Part shown: positions 56,023-64,000 of the stretch, in pieces
Numbering within the stretch: the stretch's first letter is position 1
How the letters are laid out: the number at the start of each line of letters is the position of its first letter
IMG/VR virus record: IMGVR_UViG_2541047117_000001
Location: 24,841-88,840 of that record
DNA: 64,000 nt
Source of the DNA: a virus
Taxonomy: Duplodnaviria; Heunggongvirae; Uroviricota; Caudoviricetes
Strand: one strand, 5' to 3'
Translations under genes and position numbers: made by a program
The notes under the pieces: generated by a model
The model's database searches: none
Seen by the model: the letters and a program-made list of their open reading frames with translations, nothing else
Told to the model about the DNA's origin: nothing

Positions 56023-57081
56023 TTACCACAGGTCGTCCCCTTCTTCACTGTCACCAGTGTCAGCAAATGGATTGTCATCGCCAGTGTCCTCAGCCTTTTC
56101 TTCTTCTACTGGTAGAACGAAGTCTTCTTCTTTGTACTTAGCAGTAACAAATGACTCAGCTTCTACACCTTCAATTTGAAGTTCGTTTGTGTACTCTCGT
56201 GAAGTACGTTTCTCAAGAGATTTATGCTTCTCTTTACCTACTGTAGCAAACGGGTTCTTCTTATCTACTGGTTTTGCATCTGTTTCCTCAGCCTCTACGA
56301 ACTCCACTCGGTTTACTACTTTACCGTAAACTTTCATGAATGCACCGAATTTAAGCTTCTTGAACGCCTTGATAAGACCTTCTAAGTCCTTGTCGTTGCC
56401 ATCAATGATGAATGAACCGTTAGCAAATTTACCGCCATATCCAATTGTACGACCAAGTACTTTGGCTTTCTTCGTTTCACGGTCTACTTCCATGCCTACG
56501 AATACCATTTCTTGTTCAAATACTGCTGTCTCTTCGAAATTTTCTGCCTCGAAATCAATGTCTTTCTTTAGTAAACCTAGAGATTTCATGACAAAACGTT
56601 TTTGCTCTTTCTTCTCGCCATCTTTCTCGTACTCAGAGATTTCAACCTCACCGTTTAAGTAGATGTGCATTCCATCTTGAAGCTCATTGAAGATTTCTTC
56701 AACTGCATCATAAGGATGTAGATTTTCAGTGATAATCTTTCCTTCTTCGTCACGTTGTAAGCCAACTCGAACACCGAATAGGTGATAACCGTCAGGTAAG
56801 TTGTCACGGCTTTCAAATGGGAAGCGCTTACCTTCTTTCTTCTTCATATTGTAAGCGTATACTTCATCTTGCTCCATACCGAATAGTTCAACAGGTACTT
56901 CATTCTTTTCGCCCTCAGCATCATTTGTGATTACTGTGAAACGTAAGCTCTTATAAGGCTTTCCTGAGCCTGTTTCTCCCTCTTTAAAAGCATGGTCGCT
57001 ATCCATACGAGATACAACACCTTGTAATTTGATTGCACTCTTAGTTTGTTCTAATACTACTTCTTCCTTCTTCTTCGCCAT
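56023..57081 (-). CDS. putative single-stranded DNA-binding protein (tandem OB-folds?) with an acidic C-terminal tail
   Basis: 352 aa; acidic tail ...DTGDSEEGDDLW ending in an aromatic residue; sits in the replication module. Confidence 0.4.
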   Translation of the reverse strand: MAKKKEEVVLEQTKSAIKLQGVVSRMDSDHAFKEGETGSGKPYKSLRFTVITNDAEGEKNEVPVELFGMEQDEVYAYNMKKKEGKRFPFESRDNLPDGYHLFGVRVGLQRDEEGKIITENLHPYDAVEEIFNELQDGMHIYLNGEVEISEYEKDGEKKEQKRFVMKSLGLLKKDIDFEAENFEETAVFEQEMVFVGMEVDRETKKAKVLGRTIGYGGKFANGSFIIDGNDKDLEGLIKAFKKLKFGAFMKVYGKVVNRVEFVEAEETDAKPVDKKNPFATVGKEKHKSLEKRTSREYTNELQIEGVEAESFVTAKYKEEDFVLPVEEEKAEDTGDDNPFADTGDSEEGDDLW

Positions 57082-57099
57082 TTACTGCACTCCTTAAAA

Positions 57100-57121
57100 T
57101 TCATTATTTTTTATACTTGTA
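57100..57121 (-). promoter_or_regulatory. conserved repeated element, copy 27
   Basis: TACAAGTATAAAAAATAATGAA, upstream of the SSB-like gene; a degenerate half-copy lies at 57189..57207. Confidence 0.6.
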
Positions 57122-57278
57122 AAGAAAACAAAAACCCCTAATTTATTTATTAGAGGTTGAAAGAAGCCCTCCACACAATAAATAACTTTTCATTATTTAT
57201 TACGTTTAAAGGGCTTTTCCTTAACAACTGCATTCATTATATCATTCATTTGTAAGCATTGTCAAATTGGCTTTTATC

Positions 57279-57668
57279 TTACGGCAACATTTTTGCCAAT
57301 TTCATTGCTCTCGCATGAATGTCTTTCTTATGTAATAAGAAGATATCCTTTGGAGATAGGCTGTTCTTCTTTACTATGCTTTGGAACAAAGCGAAATCAT
57401 CTGCATTCAAGTCAAATCGGAATAATTTTACAAGAGAGATGTGAGGGTCTTCACCATAAAGGACTTCAAAATCCTCTATAGCAATGCTTGTGTTGCGTAG
57501 TTTATACATTCGCATGTCGAAGAGATGTTCCCATTTTTGTTTTTCAATGTTTAATACTTCATTAGTGAAATATTTTATATCATCTTCGTCATCAAACAAG
57601 ACTGAAAAATCTTTCTCCTCTGTGTGAGTTAGTCCTAAGATGAGCGAAAATCCTTTCAAATCCTGCAT
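57279..57668 (-). CDS. hypothetical protein
   Basis: 129-aa ORF. Confidence 0.45.
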   Translation of the reverse strand: MQDLKGFSLILGLTHTEEKDFSVLFDDEDDIKYFTNEVLNIEKQKWEHLFDMRMYKLRNTSIAIEDFEVLYGEDPHISLVKLFRFDLNADDFALFQSIVKKNSLSPKDIFLLHKKDIHARAMKLAKMLP

Positions 57669-57970
57669 TGTATCGACTTCCTTCCATTATTAAATTTTCT
57701 GACCGCTACGTTTACTAAGTCAAATAATAAAACATTATTACCTAATATGTACGTATAACAATTTTTATAGCTGTAACCCAACAGCTAGATTATGTACTTT
57801 GGCATAAAGATGCACTCATCGTTCCTTTGAATCTGAGATGAACGACGTCCGACATCGACCAAATATAACAACATTTGTTAAAAACCTTATATAGACCTTA
57901 ATGATATTAACATTCAATGAAGGATTTTGCAACGATTTTATGCATATTTTATCCATTTATTAAATACTTT

Positions 57971-57995
57971 TTCATTATTTATAACTTCTGTTGCA
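57971..57995 (-). promoter_or_regulatory. degenerate copy of the repeated element in the 57668..58069 regulatory intergenic region
   Basis: TGCAACAGAAGTTATAAATAATGAA. Confidence 0.3.
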
Positions 57996-58068
57996 AGACG
58001 AGACACCCTTAGCTATACTTTTGCTAAAGGTGTCTCAGCAATAACAGTGGTTCGACATGGTTGCTCCA

Positions 58069-58341
58069 TCATTCCTCACCTTCTTCCGCTGTTGGCTTTA
58101 ATTCGAAGATATCTTTAATATCTATCTCTAAAGCTTCACAAATTACATATGCATAAGTTAGCTTCCACAGGTTTTGTTTATTAATTAGAGCAATGAACCC
58201 CCTATACTTGATATGGATACCGTATTCATCAACAATCTTCTCCCATAGTTGTTTCGCATTCATATCTTTTCTTTCTAGATACATTTTGAATTTATCTTTA
58301 TTCATCCTTGCTTCGAGTTTATGCTCAACTTTATAACCCAT
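58069..58341 (-). CDS. XRE-family helix-turn-helix transcriptional regulator
   Basis: 90 aa; C-terminal HTH-like LTYAYVICEALEIDIKDIFEL. Confidence 0.5.
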   Translation of the reverse strand: MGYKVEHKLEARMNKDKFKMYLERKDMNAKQLWEKIVDEYGIHIKYRGFIALINKQNLWKLTYAYVICEALEIDIKDIFELKPTAEEGEE

Positions 58342-58356
58342 AATTCAAATCGCTCC

Positions 58357-59373
58357 TTAATTGTCTTGTCCTAAAAAGTCACCATATAATTCTTTTATAT
58401 TTTTAACATTACAATATTTTTTCATTGGATAGAAATTATTAATATCAAATCTAATTGCTATATTTTTATAATCTTCTGTGCTTAGGTAGTACTCGCCTTT
58501 TTCTTCCATTATTTTCTTAGCCATATATAATTGTCCACTTTTTATGATGCTTTTAGTTTTTAATTGAGGATATCCTAAAACTTCACCGATTAAATTAACA
58601 CGTCTATAGATAACAGATTCTTTAATAGCTTGATGATAACTTCCTGTTCTTGTTATAGAAGGACGGAATACATATTCATTATCAACCAATTCAGTAACGG
58701 CACGGATATTTTCCCTTTGCTCCATGTCTCCGTTTTTCTTCCAGTATCTCTTCTCTTGCATAGCTTGTTCTAGCATAAGTACAGTACGAGCATCAACTTC
58801 TGTGAAAGCTCCACCAATATTTAAAGGCACTTTTGTATCTTCTATATCACTATTAAGTCCTTTTTCTTGCATAAATTCTAGAGCCTGTTCTACGTCTGAC
58901 TTTTTCAGTTCTCTAATTTCTATAGCTTTTTCTCCACAAATTCCTTCAAATAATAATCTAATTATTGTTGAGTCTTGATAGTTATAACAATCTGATTCGA
59001 TTTTTAGTAGTTGTTTTTTAGTTATATATAGATTTTTTACATTTTCACTGATATTTTCAAACCATTTAGCGCTAACATCTAGTAGAGGATTATTAGTTTT
59101 TTTGTAGTTATTTTCTACTGCCCATTTCATATACGCTGAAATTACACGACCGTAAACTTCTGTTGCCTGTGCGCTTCCACGTAATTGAATTAAAAGCTCT
59201 TCAATTTCTTCTAATGTAAAATCATATAAATCTTTATTTAGAGTTTCTTCCATTTGTTCAGCTTTGGTGAATATTCTATTGTAGTATGATTTAGTTGTAT
59301 CGTTAGTATAGTTAGTTAAAAATAAGTCTTTTGCAGTTTCACCGTTCTTTAGCTCATCCATTCCGTGAGTCAT
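58357..59373 (-). CDS. hypothetical protein; candidate SPbeta MrpR/YopR-type repressor (recombinase-like fold), low certainty
   Basis: 338 aa and AT-rich; N-terminus faintly resembles an integrase SAM-like domain; no catalytic R..H..R..Y tetrad recognised. Confidence 0.35.
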   Translation of the reverse strand: MTHGMDELKNGETAKDLFLTNYTNDTTKSYYNRIFTKAEQMEETLNKDLYDFTLEEIEELLIQLRGSAQATEVYGRVISAYMKWAVENNYKKTNNPLLDVSAKWFENISENVKNLYITKKQLLKIESDCYNYQDSTIIRLLFEGICGEKAIEIRELKKSDVEQALEFMQEKGLNSDIEDTKVPLNIGGAFTEVDARTVLMLEQAMQEKRYWKKNGDMEQRENIRAVTELVDNEYVFRPSITRTGSYHQAIKESVIYRRVNLIGEVLGYPQLKTKSIIKSGQLYMAKKIMEEKGEYYLSTEDYKNIAIRFDINNFYPMKKYCNVKNIKELYGDFLGQDN

Positions 59374-59559
59374 TTCTTACCACTTCTCCTTTATACCTCT
59401 GTAACTTTGTAATTTCTACTTTACCTGTAACTCAACTGTTTAAATTGGTTTAAGTTGACTATGTTCGTAGTCTATGTATGTGTATGTGTGTGTATGTTCG
59501 CTGACTATTGCCAGCAGTCAAATTATACCATATATAAAATCCATTGCCAATACCAAATT

Positions 59560-59580
59560 TCCTTATTTTTTCCATTTGTC
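59560..59580 (-). promoter_or_regulatory. degenerate copy of the repeated element upstream of the 338-aa candidate regulator gene
   Basis: GACAAATGGAAAAAATAAGGA. Confidence 0.3.
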
Positions 59581-59863
59581 TAGATATTAACAGAGAATTT
59601 ATACATTAAATGTATATTCAACGTATATTATAGATGTTAATTTAACGATATATATTGTGTGTGTGCTACCTTAACATCCTATGTTTACTGCATACAAATA
59701 GTATACAATCATAATATGTACACTGTCAATGCATTATTGTCGGTTTTTAAGTTCGATTTATTATTATTTACACTATATGCTAGATTTTAATTATTTTTTA
59801 TATCTCCGACTTAGATATATATAACATATGAGACCTTCGCATTCAAGTAATAAAAATTCAAAT

Positions 59864-59897
59864 TAACAAAAAAAATAAGACAGTGTAATACTGTCTT
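59864..59897 (-). terminator. rho-independent terminator
   Basis: AAGACAGT / ACTGTCTT hairpin then a run of 8 T on the minus strand. Confidence 0.6.
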
Positions 59898-59941
59898 AAT
59901 AATTGCCTTTACATTTGAAACATTTCAGTAAATATTAACCT

Positions 59942-60277
59942 TTATTTTAGAGAGTCAGATGTCGATTCCGTTTGAGGTGTCTGAGAAGCCGTTTGAGCGT
60001 CTGATTTTTTTAAAGCTATAATTTCATTTAGTTTCTTTAGAATAAGCCCTAGAGCTAAGAATAATGCTCCTACAAGCAATCCTGAGAATATCATTGTATA
60101 TCCGTATAAACTATATGACCTTGCTATTCCTTTATAAACTTCGTTATAGAACTCTAGCTCATAGTAAGATTCCTTCATTTCGTTTGCTACGTTTAAATTA
60201 GCGTTTCCAACATTCATCATTATTAGGCATGAAATAATCCCGATTGCTATAAATATAAGGTGTAAGTACTTCTTCAT
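59942..60277 (-). CDS. membrane protein
   Basis: 111 aa, two TM helices; followed by an intrinsic terminator. Confidence 0.45.
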   Translation of the reverse strand: MKKYLHLIFIAIGIISCLIMMNVGNANLNVANEMKESYYELEFYNEVYKGIARSYSLYGYTMIFSGLLVGALFLALGLILKKLNEIIALKKSDAQTASQTPQTESTSDSLK

Positions 60278-60493
60278 TAGTTTAATTCTCCTGTTGTAAT
60301 GTAATATTTGTTAAATACATTATAGCAATCAATAAAGTTTACAGTCAATCTGAGTAAATGAGATTCGGTTTATTGTTTTTTGAATGAATCCTTTGATGAT
60401 TATTTTTAGATGCAGGCGAAGCCTATATATTAATTAATTATTAAGGTCTTTTTAAAAGATTTGTTTTTTTAAAAGAATATTGTCTTATTATAC

Positions 60494-60750
60494 TATCACC
60501 GTGTGATAGGCGGTCGTGTATCATGTGGTGATAGGTGGGTACTATCATGCTGTGATAGGCGGAAATCCCGTGTATCATTTCATGATAGGCGGAAATTGTG
60601 GATAATTTCAAAAAATCTGTGGATAAGTCGCCTATCATATGGTGATAGGCGTCGCCTATCATGTGGTGATAGGCAGTGTATCACACGGTGATAGGCGGGA
60701 ATCGTTTCGTGTATCATGTGGTGATAGGCAGTGTATCATACCGTGATAGG
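60494..60750. repeat. iteron array: nine 17-bp palindromic units TATCA-N5-TGATAGG(C) spaced ~23-32 bp, interrupted by two DnaA boxes
   Basis: units at 60494, 60519, 60543, 60573, 60633, 60657, 60679, 60712, 60734; each has inverted arms (GCC)TATCA / TGATAGG(C). Confidence 0.7.
60597..60626. promoter_or_regulatory. two direct perfect DnaA boxes (TGTGGATAA = TTATCCACA) 21 bp apart inside the iteron array
   Basis: 60597..60605 and 60618..60626. Confidence 0.6.
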
Positions 60751-60803
60751 CGGAAGGATTATTTTTCTGAAAAAATAAAAAAGCAAGAGGAAAATCCCCT
60801 TGC

Positions 60804-61811
60804 TTAAATTTCTACGATATATTCATCGTGTGTTTTGAATATGTATGTTGTATCTTCTACGTTGAATCCGATTTGCTTTCCGACCTCTTCTGCGATAATT
60901 GTTTTAAACTTATCTTGAACGTGTGTTTTAGCAAAGTCATGAGCGCATAACACGTAGACTGAATTTTTCTCTGAATCTAAGGCAAGTACAGCGTCCTTAA
61001 ACCAAACATCGAATGATGGCTTAGCAATTCTCTCTTGAAGAGATGTGAGAATCTTCTCTCCTGCTTCGATGCACTCAGGAGCGATTTTTTCTCTTATGTA
61101 TGTTGCTTTATTTTCTTCTTCAATCTTTTCTTTGGCTTCACGAATCTGAGATTTGCTTCTAAATAACTCAGCGTTTTCAATTAACCCTTCGATTACTTTG
61201 CTGTTTTTTAGCTCATTAGTCGCAATGTCAATATCCTTATAATCTTCCATATATGTATCATGGTCTTTTTTTAGTTTAGCAGGTAGCTCTTCATAGAGTT
61301 CATTAGTTAATAGAGGTACAAACCTTCTAATCTTAAACAGAGGACTCACAGAGCGGTTGTTATCCTTTGTATCACGTCTGTTGAAGATGACAATAAAGTT
61401 ATGCTCTTCTAATGTCTTTAGACATCCTTTTACAAAGTTCTTACTCTTCTTCATCTTCAATGCGATAGTGTCTATGTCAGGGAAGCAGAAGTCTTTTTTG
61501 CCGTAAGCATGACGTCTTAGATGGATATACACTTGAATGCATTCTGAACCTAATACAGCTCCCCAAAAGTCTAGTAGATAGTTTTGAATCATAGTGAAGT
61601 CTTCTGCGTCCAATGTAGGAACACATTCACCAATCGAGTTAAGATTCAATGCTTTAATCTCTTCGAACTCTACAATACGTTGCTCTCTAATTGGTACACG
61701 TCTTGAGCCATTTCTAGTATTTTGAGTTGTGAATTTTCCTGTATGAACCTCTCTATAGTGAAGATATCGTTCATTTTTATATCCTGCATATAAATCTTTG
61801 TTATTTTCCAT
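60804..61811 (-). CDS. putative replication initiator (Rep-like winged-helix protein)
   Basis: 335 aa; sits 40 bp from an iteron array with two DnaA boxes; function inferred from context only. Confidence 0.45.
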   Translation of the reverse strand: MENNKDLYAGYKNERYLHYREVHTGKFTTQNTRNGSRRVPIREQRIVEFEEIKALNLNSIGECVPTLDAEDFTMIQNYLLDFWGAVLGSECIQVYIHLRRHAYGKKDFCFPDIDTIALKMKKSKNFVKGCLKTLEEHNFIVIFNRRDTKDNNRSVSPLFKIRRFVPLLTNELYEELPAKLKKDHDTYMEDYKDIDIATNELKNSKVIEGLIENAELFRSKSQIREAKEKIEEENKATYIREKIAPECIEAGEKILTSLQERIAKPSFDVWFKDAVLALDSEKNSVYVLCAHDFAKTHVQDKFKTIIAEEVGKQIGFNVEDTTYIFKTHDEYIVEI

Positions 61812-62057
61812 TTGTGTTTCCTCCTAAATGCGCTGTTTAGGAGCTTCACTCATATTTACTTATCCCATTGTTTATGATATTATAAACATACAAATCTAAT
61901 GTTAACGAGACTTGCATCTACTCATTTGAGTGAAGCTCCATTTTTGGGATACTTCGTAGATACAATCTCTCCAATGCCCATTCATAAAGTTTTGGTTGGT
62001 CGCCATTTCAACTTTGAGAGTGGGTTTTTTCATGCTCTTTTTTACCTCTTAAATCAA

Positions 62058-62357
62058 TCATGATGCTATATTCAACTCATAAACGTTGAAATTCTGTCTA
62101 CCATAGTAACGCATAACTTTCAAAAAACCCTTTTCTTCTAGTGATTTAATGAATTTAATGACGCTTCTGCGAGTTAAAGAGCATTTATGAGCGATTTCTT
62201 CATATGCCATTTCGATACTGCTTCCATTGCCTTCCACACATAGAGTCAATAAAACTAGCTTTTCGTTAGCAGTCAACTCTTCTGTTCGAATAATATTGTT
62301 TGCAATGTGTGTCATGTATCTCACCTCAACCTTCTTTAATAAGTGAATTTGATGCAC
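62058..62357 (-). CDS. winged-helix DNA-binding protein
   Basis: 99 aa with a wHTH (EIAHKCSLTRRSVIKFIKSLEEKGFL); degenerate motif upstream. Confidence 0.45.
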   Translation of the reverse strand: MHQIHLLKKVEVRYMTHIANNIIRTEELTANEKLVLLTLCVEGNGSSIEMAYEEIAHKCSLTRRSVIKFIKSLEEKGFLKVMRYYGRQNFNVYELNIAS

Positions 62358-62390
62358 CTATTCAACAAAAAAATATGGTGTATTTCAATC

Positions 62391-62417
62391 TTACATTATT
62401 TATTACATTTGTGCAAT
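62391..62417 (-). promoter_or_regulatory. degenerate copy of the repeated element upstream of the wHTH gene at 62058..62357
   Basis: TGCACAAATGTAATAAATAATGTAA. Confidence 0.35.
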
Positions 62418-62565
62418 GGAAGAATTGTAGAATCATAATGAAATTTGTAACCATTTGATTTTACGTGTCAAACTGTATCTCTAGCACTTTCATAGTATAG
62501 CACCCTTGAAATCCACTGTCAATGGATTTGTGTATAAAAAAAGAGAGATTATAATAATCTCCCTC

Positions 62566-63153
62566 TTATCTATTCAAATCACCAAGAGAAGGCATTACAG
62601 CAGGCTTACTTACTGGTTCTTCCTTCTTCACTTCAACTGGTTTTTCTTCTCCAAGCATTCGCTTAGGTTGAGCTTCTTGGCGTTTCTCTTTAATAACTTT
62701 TGGCACATCTAAACTACTAACCTCTTCTACAACAGGTTCTTCTACTTCATTTACTACTTCCTCTACGACCTCTTGTACAGGCTCTTGAGGAGTATCTGTT
62801 ACTTCCACAGTCTTTTCTTCAACTGTTGATGCTATTTCTTCTACAACTTCCTCTGCAACCTCTTGAACAGGTTCAGATTGTGTTTGTATTGGTGTTGCTT
62901 GTGTTTTAGCGACAGGAGTTGGTATTTGCACAGGTGTAGGATTGTCCAAATCGACCATTCCCATCTCTATCAGAAGTTTAAGTTTTTTAACGTCTATATC
63001 CCCGAATTTTTGCATGAAATAATCTAAAACAAATCGGAATGAATCTGAGAAGTTATCTTGGTTATTATACCAATCAACGAATTTTTGGTCGTCTACTCCA
63101 AACTTATAGATAATAGTTGAACCGACTTGTTTATCCTTTTTAGTTGCACTCAT
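62566..63153 (-). CDS. putative segregation adaptor (ParR/AlfB/Alp7R-like by position)
   Basis: 195 aa; ~70-aa folded N-terminus then acidic P/V/E-rich repeats; immediately downstream of the actin-like ATPase gene. Confidence 0.35.
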   Translation of the reverse strand: MSATKKDKQVGSTIIYKFGVDDQKFVDWYNNQDNFSDSFRFVLDYFMQKFGDIDVKKLKLLIEMGMVDLDNPTPVQIPTPVAKTQATPIQTQSEPVQEVAEEVVEEIASTVEEKTVEVTDTPQEPVQEVVEEVVNEVEEPVVEEVSSLDVPKVIKEKRQEAQPKRMLGEEKPVEVKKEEPVSKPAVMPSLGDLNR

Positions 63154-63195
63154 AATTGTAATACCCTCCTGTTAGTCAAAAGCAAAAGACGTAAT

Positions 63196-64000
63196 TTACG
63201 CCTTCTGCTTCTCTTTCTTAGCCATGTATTGTTCTTTTAATTGTGGAAGTAATACATTTAAGAATACATCCATGCCTTCTACGTTGATTGTTGTAGCGTA
63301 CTTCTCAGGAATCCATAGGAGCTTTCCACGGCAATCATCTGCAACTGCTTTAAGCGGGTTATATAGCTTGTCTTTAAGCGTGATAGAGCCACCACCGAAT
63401 ACAGAGATTAAACGAGGTTGTTTTCTAGCTCCATGAACAACTAATTGCTCAACAAATTTGTGAATTAGTGTTGCTTGGTCTGATGAATTGTCTTTCAGTG
63501 TAGCAACTGCTTCTACATGGAATGCATCATCTGAATCTTTTACGATTTCCATGTATTCATGTCGTGTTAATGCAGGGAATCTCATTGCCTTCTTGAACAC
63601 TGGAAGAGCTTTAGTGATTGCATAGCCAACTCCTAAGTCGTCTCCACCACTTAAATCATCAATTTGCTTATAGCCTTTTAAGATTCCAACGTCAGTTGTT
63701 CCCTCTCCGATATCAGTTCCACAAGTCATTTTCATGTTGAACACATCTTCACCTGTAAAGCTATCTAATTGATATTCCCATTTTAATTCTTCAAAAATAT
63801 CATCATTTCTCCATTGTCCTTTGTTATCAAGGATAAGTGCGTAGTTTGCACATGCACCCTCTTGTAATGCATAAACAAATTCAAAAGTGATTGATACTTT
63901 TACGAATGTTGTACCAACATGAACCATTACTTCGTGTGTATTATTCATGAAACGCTCTTCAAAGGCTTTTGCCGTAGTAGCGTCGTATTCTTTAATAGGT
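63196..64000 (-). CDS. actin-like segregation ATPase (ParM/Alp family); N-terminus lies beyond the window end
   Basis: phosphate-2 motif DIGEGTTDVGIL; frame stays open to position 64000. Confidence 0.6.
   Translation of the reverse strand, partial: PIKEYDATTAKAFEERFMNNTHEVMVHVGTTFVKVSITFEFVYALQEGACANYALILDNKGQWRNDDIFEELKWEYQLDSFTGEDVFNMKMTCGTDIGEGTTDVGILKGYKQIDDLSGGDDLGVGYAITKALPVFKKAMRFPALTRHEYMEIVKDSDDAFHVEAVATLKDNSSDQATLIHKFVEQLVVHGARKQPRLISVFGGGSITLKDKLYNPLKAVADDCRGKLLWIPEKYATTINVEGMDVFLNVLLPQLKEQYMAKKEKQKA

Larger units (their letters stand above)
59400..59940. other. AT-rich non-coding tract with a (TG/TA) microsatellite at 59473..59497; candidate DNA unwinding element or regulatory region
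   Basis: no ORF longer than 40 aa in any frame; strongly AT-rich; GTATGTGTATGTGTGTGTATGT. Confidence 0.4.

Noticed and set aside
60494-60750. Direct-repeat array considered as a CRISPR
   Set aside because: The units are 17-bp palindromes with variable 6-15-bp gaps and embedded DnaA boxes. There are no uniform-length unique spacers and no cas genes. It is an iteron or operator array.
62566-63153. The 195-aa acidic-repeat protein considered as a ribbon-helix-helix ParG-type protein
   Set aside because: I see no recognisable RHH signature. The ParR/AlfB-like assignment rests only on its position downstream of the actin-like ATPase.

Overview
The window reads as the early, replication and nucleotide-metabolism region of a large, low-GC Bacillus phage or prophage of the SPbeta type. 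About 110 genes are predicted and all but one run on the minus strand. Recognisable products are a DnaE-type DNA polymerase III alpha subunit, a DnaB-like helicase, a Toprim primase, a RecJ-like exonuclease, an ATP-dependent DNA ligase and RNase HI. A class Ib ribonucleotide reductase set (NrdI, NrdE, NrdF plus a thioredoxin-like protein) is present, along with dUTPase, thymidine kinase, deoxynucleoside kinase and nucleoside deoxyribosyltransferase. The phage also encodes a NupC-type nucleoside transporter, a sigma-70-family sigma factor and an RNA-repair pair (polynucleotide kinase fused to an HD domain, plus an Rnl1-type RNA ligase). Four things stand out. First, a ~22-bp element with minus-strand consensus TACAAGTGTAAAAAATAATGAA recurs at least 30 times directly upstream of minus-strand operons, often in tandem and once inside a coding sequence; I read it as an operator or promoter regulon element resembling what I recall of the SPbeta repeated element (SPBRE). 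Second, a three-gene NAD-metabolism cassette (NAMPT-like, macro domain, Prs-like) looks like a phage NAD+ reconstitution and counter-defence module. Third, the high-coordinate end carries a plasmid-like replicon and segregation module: an actin-like ParM/Alp ATPase, an adaptor-like protein, a winged-helix protein, a Rep-like protein, an array of nine palindromic iterons with two perfect DnaA boxes, and an AT-rich tract. Fourth, two tandem pairs of paralogous micro-proteins sit next to a beta-helix-repeat protein. All product calls rest on motifs read by eye; no searches were run, and no tRNA or CRISPR was recognised.
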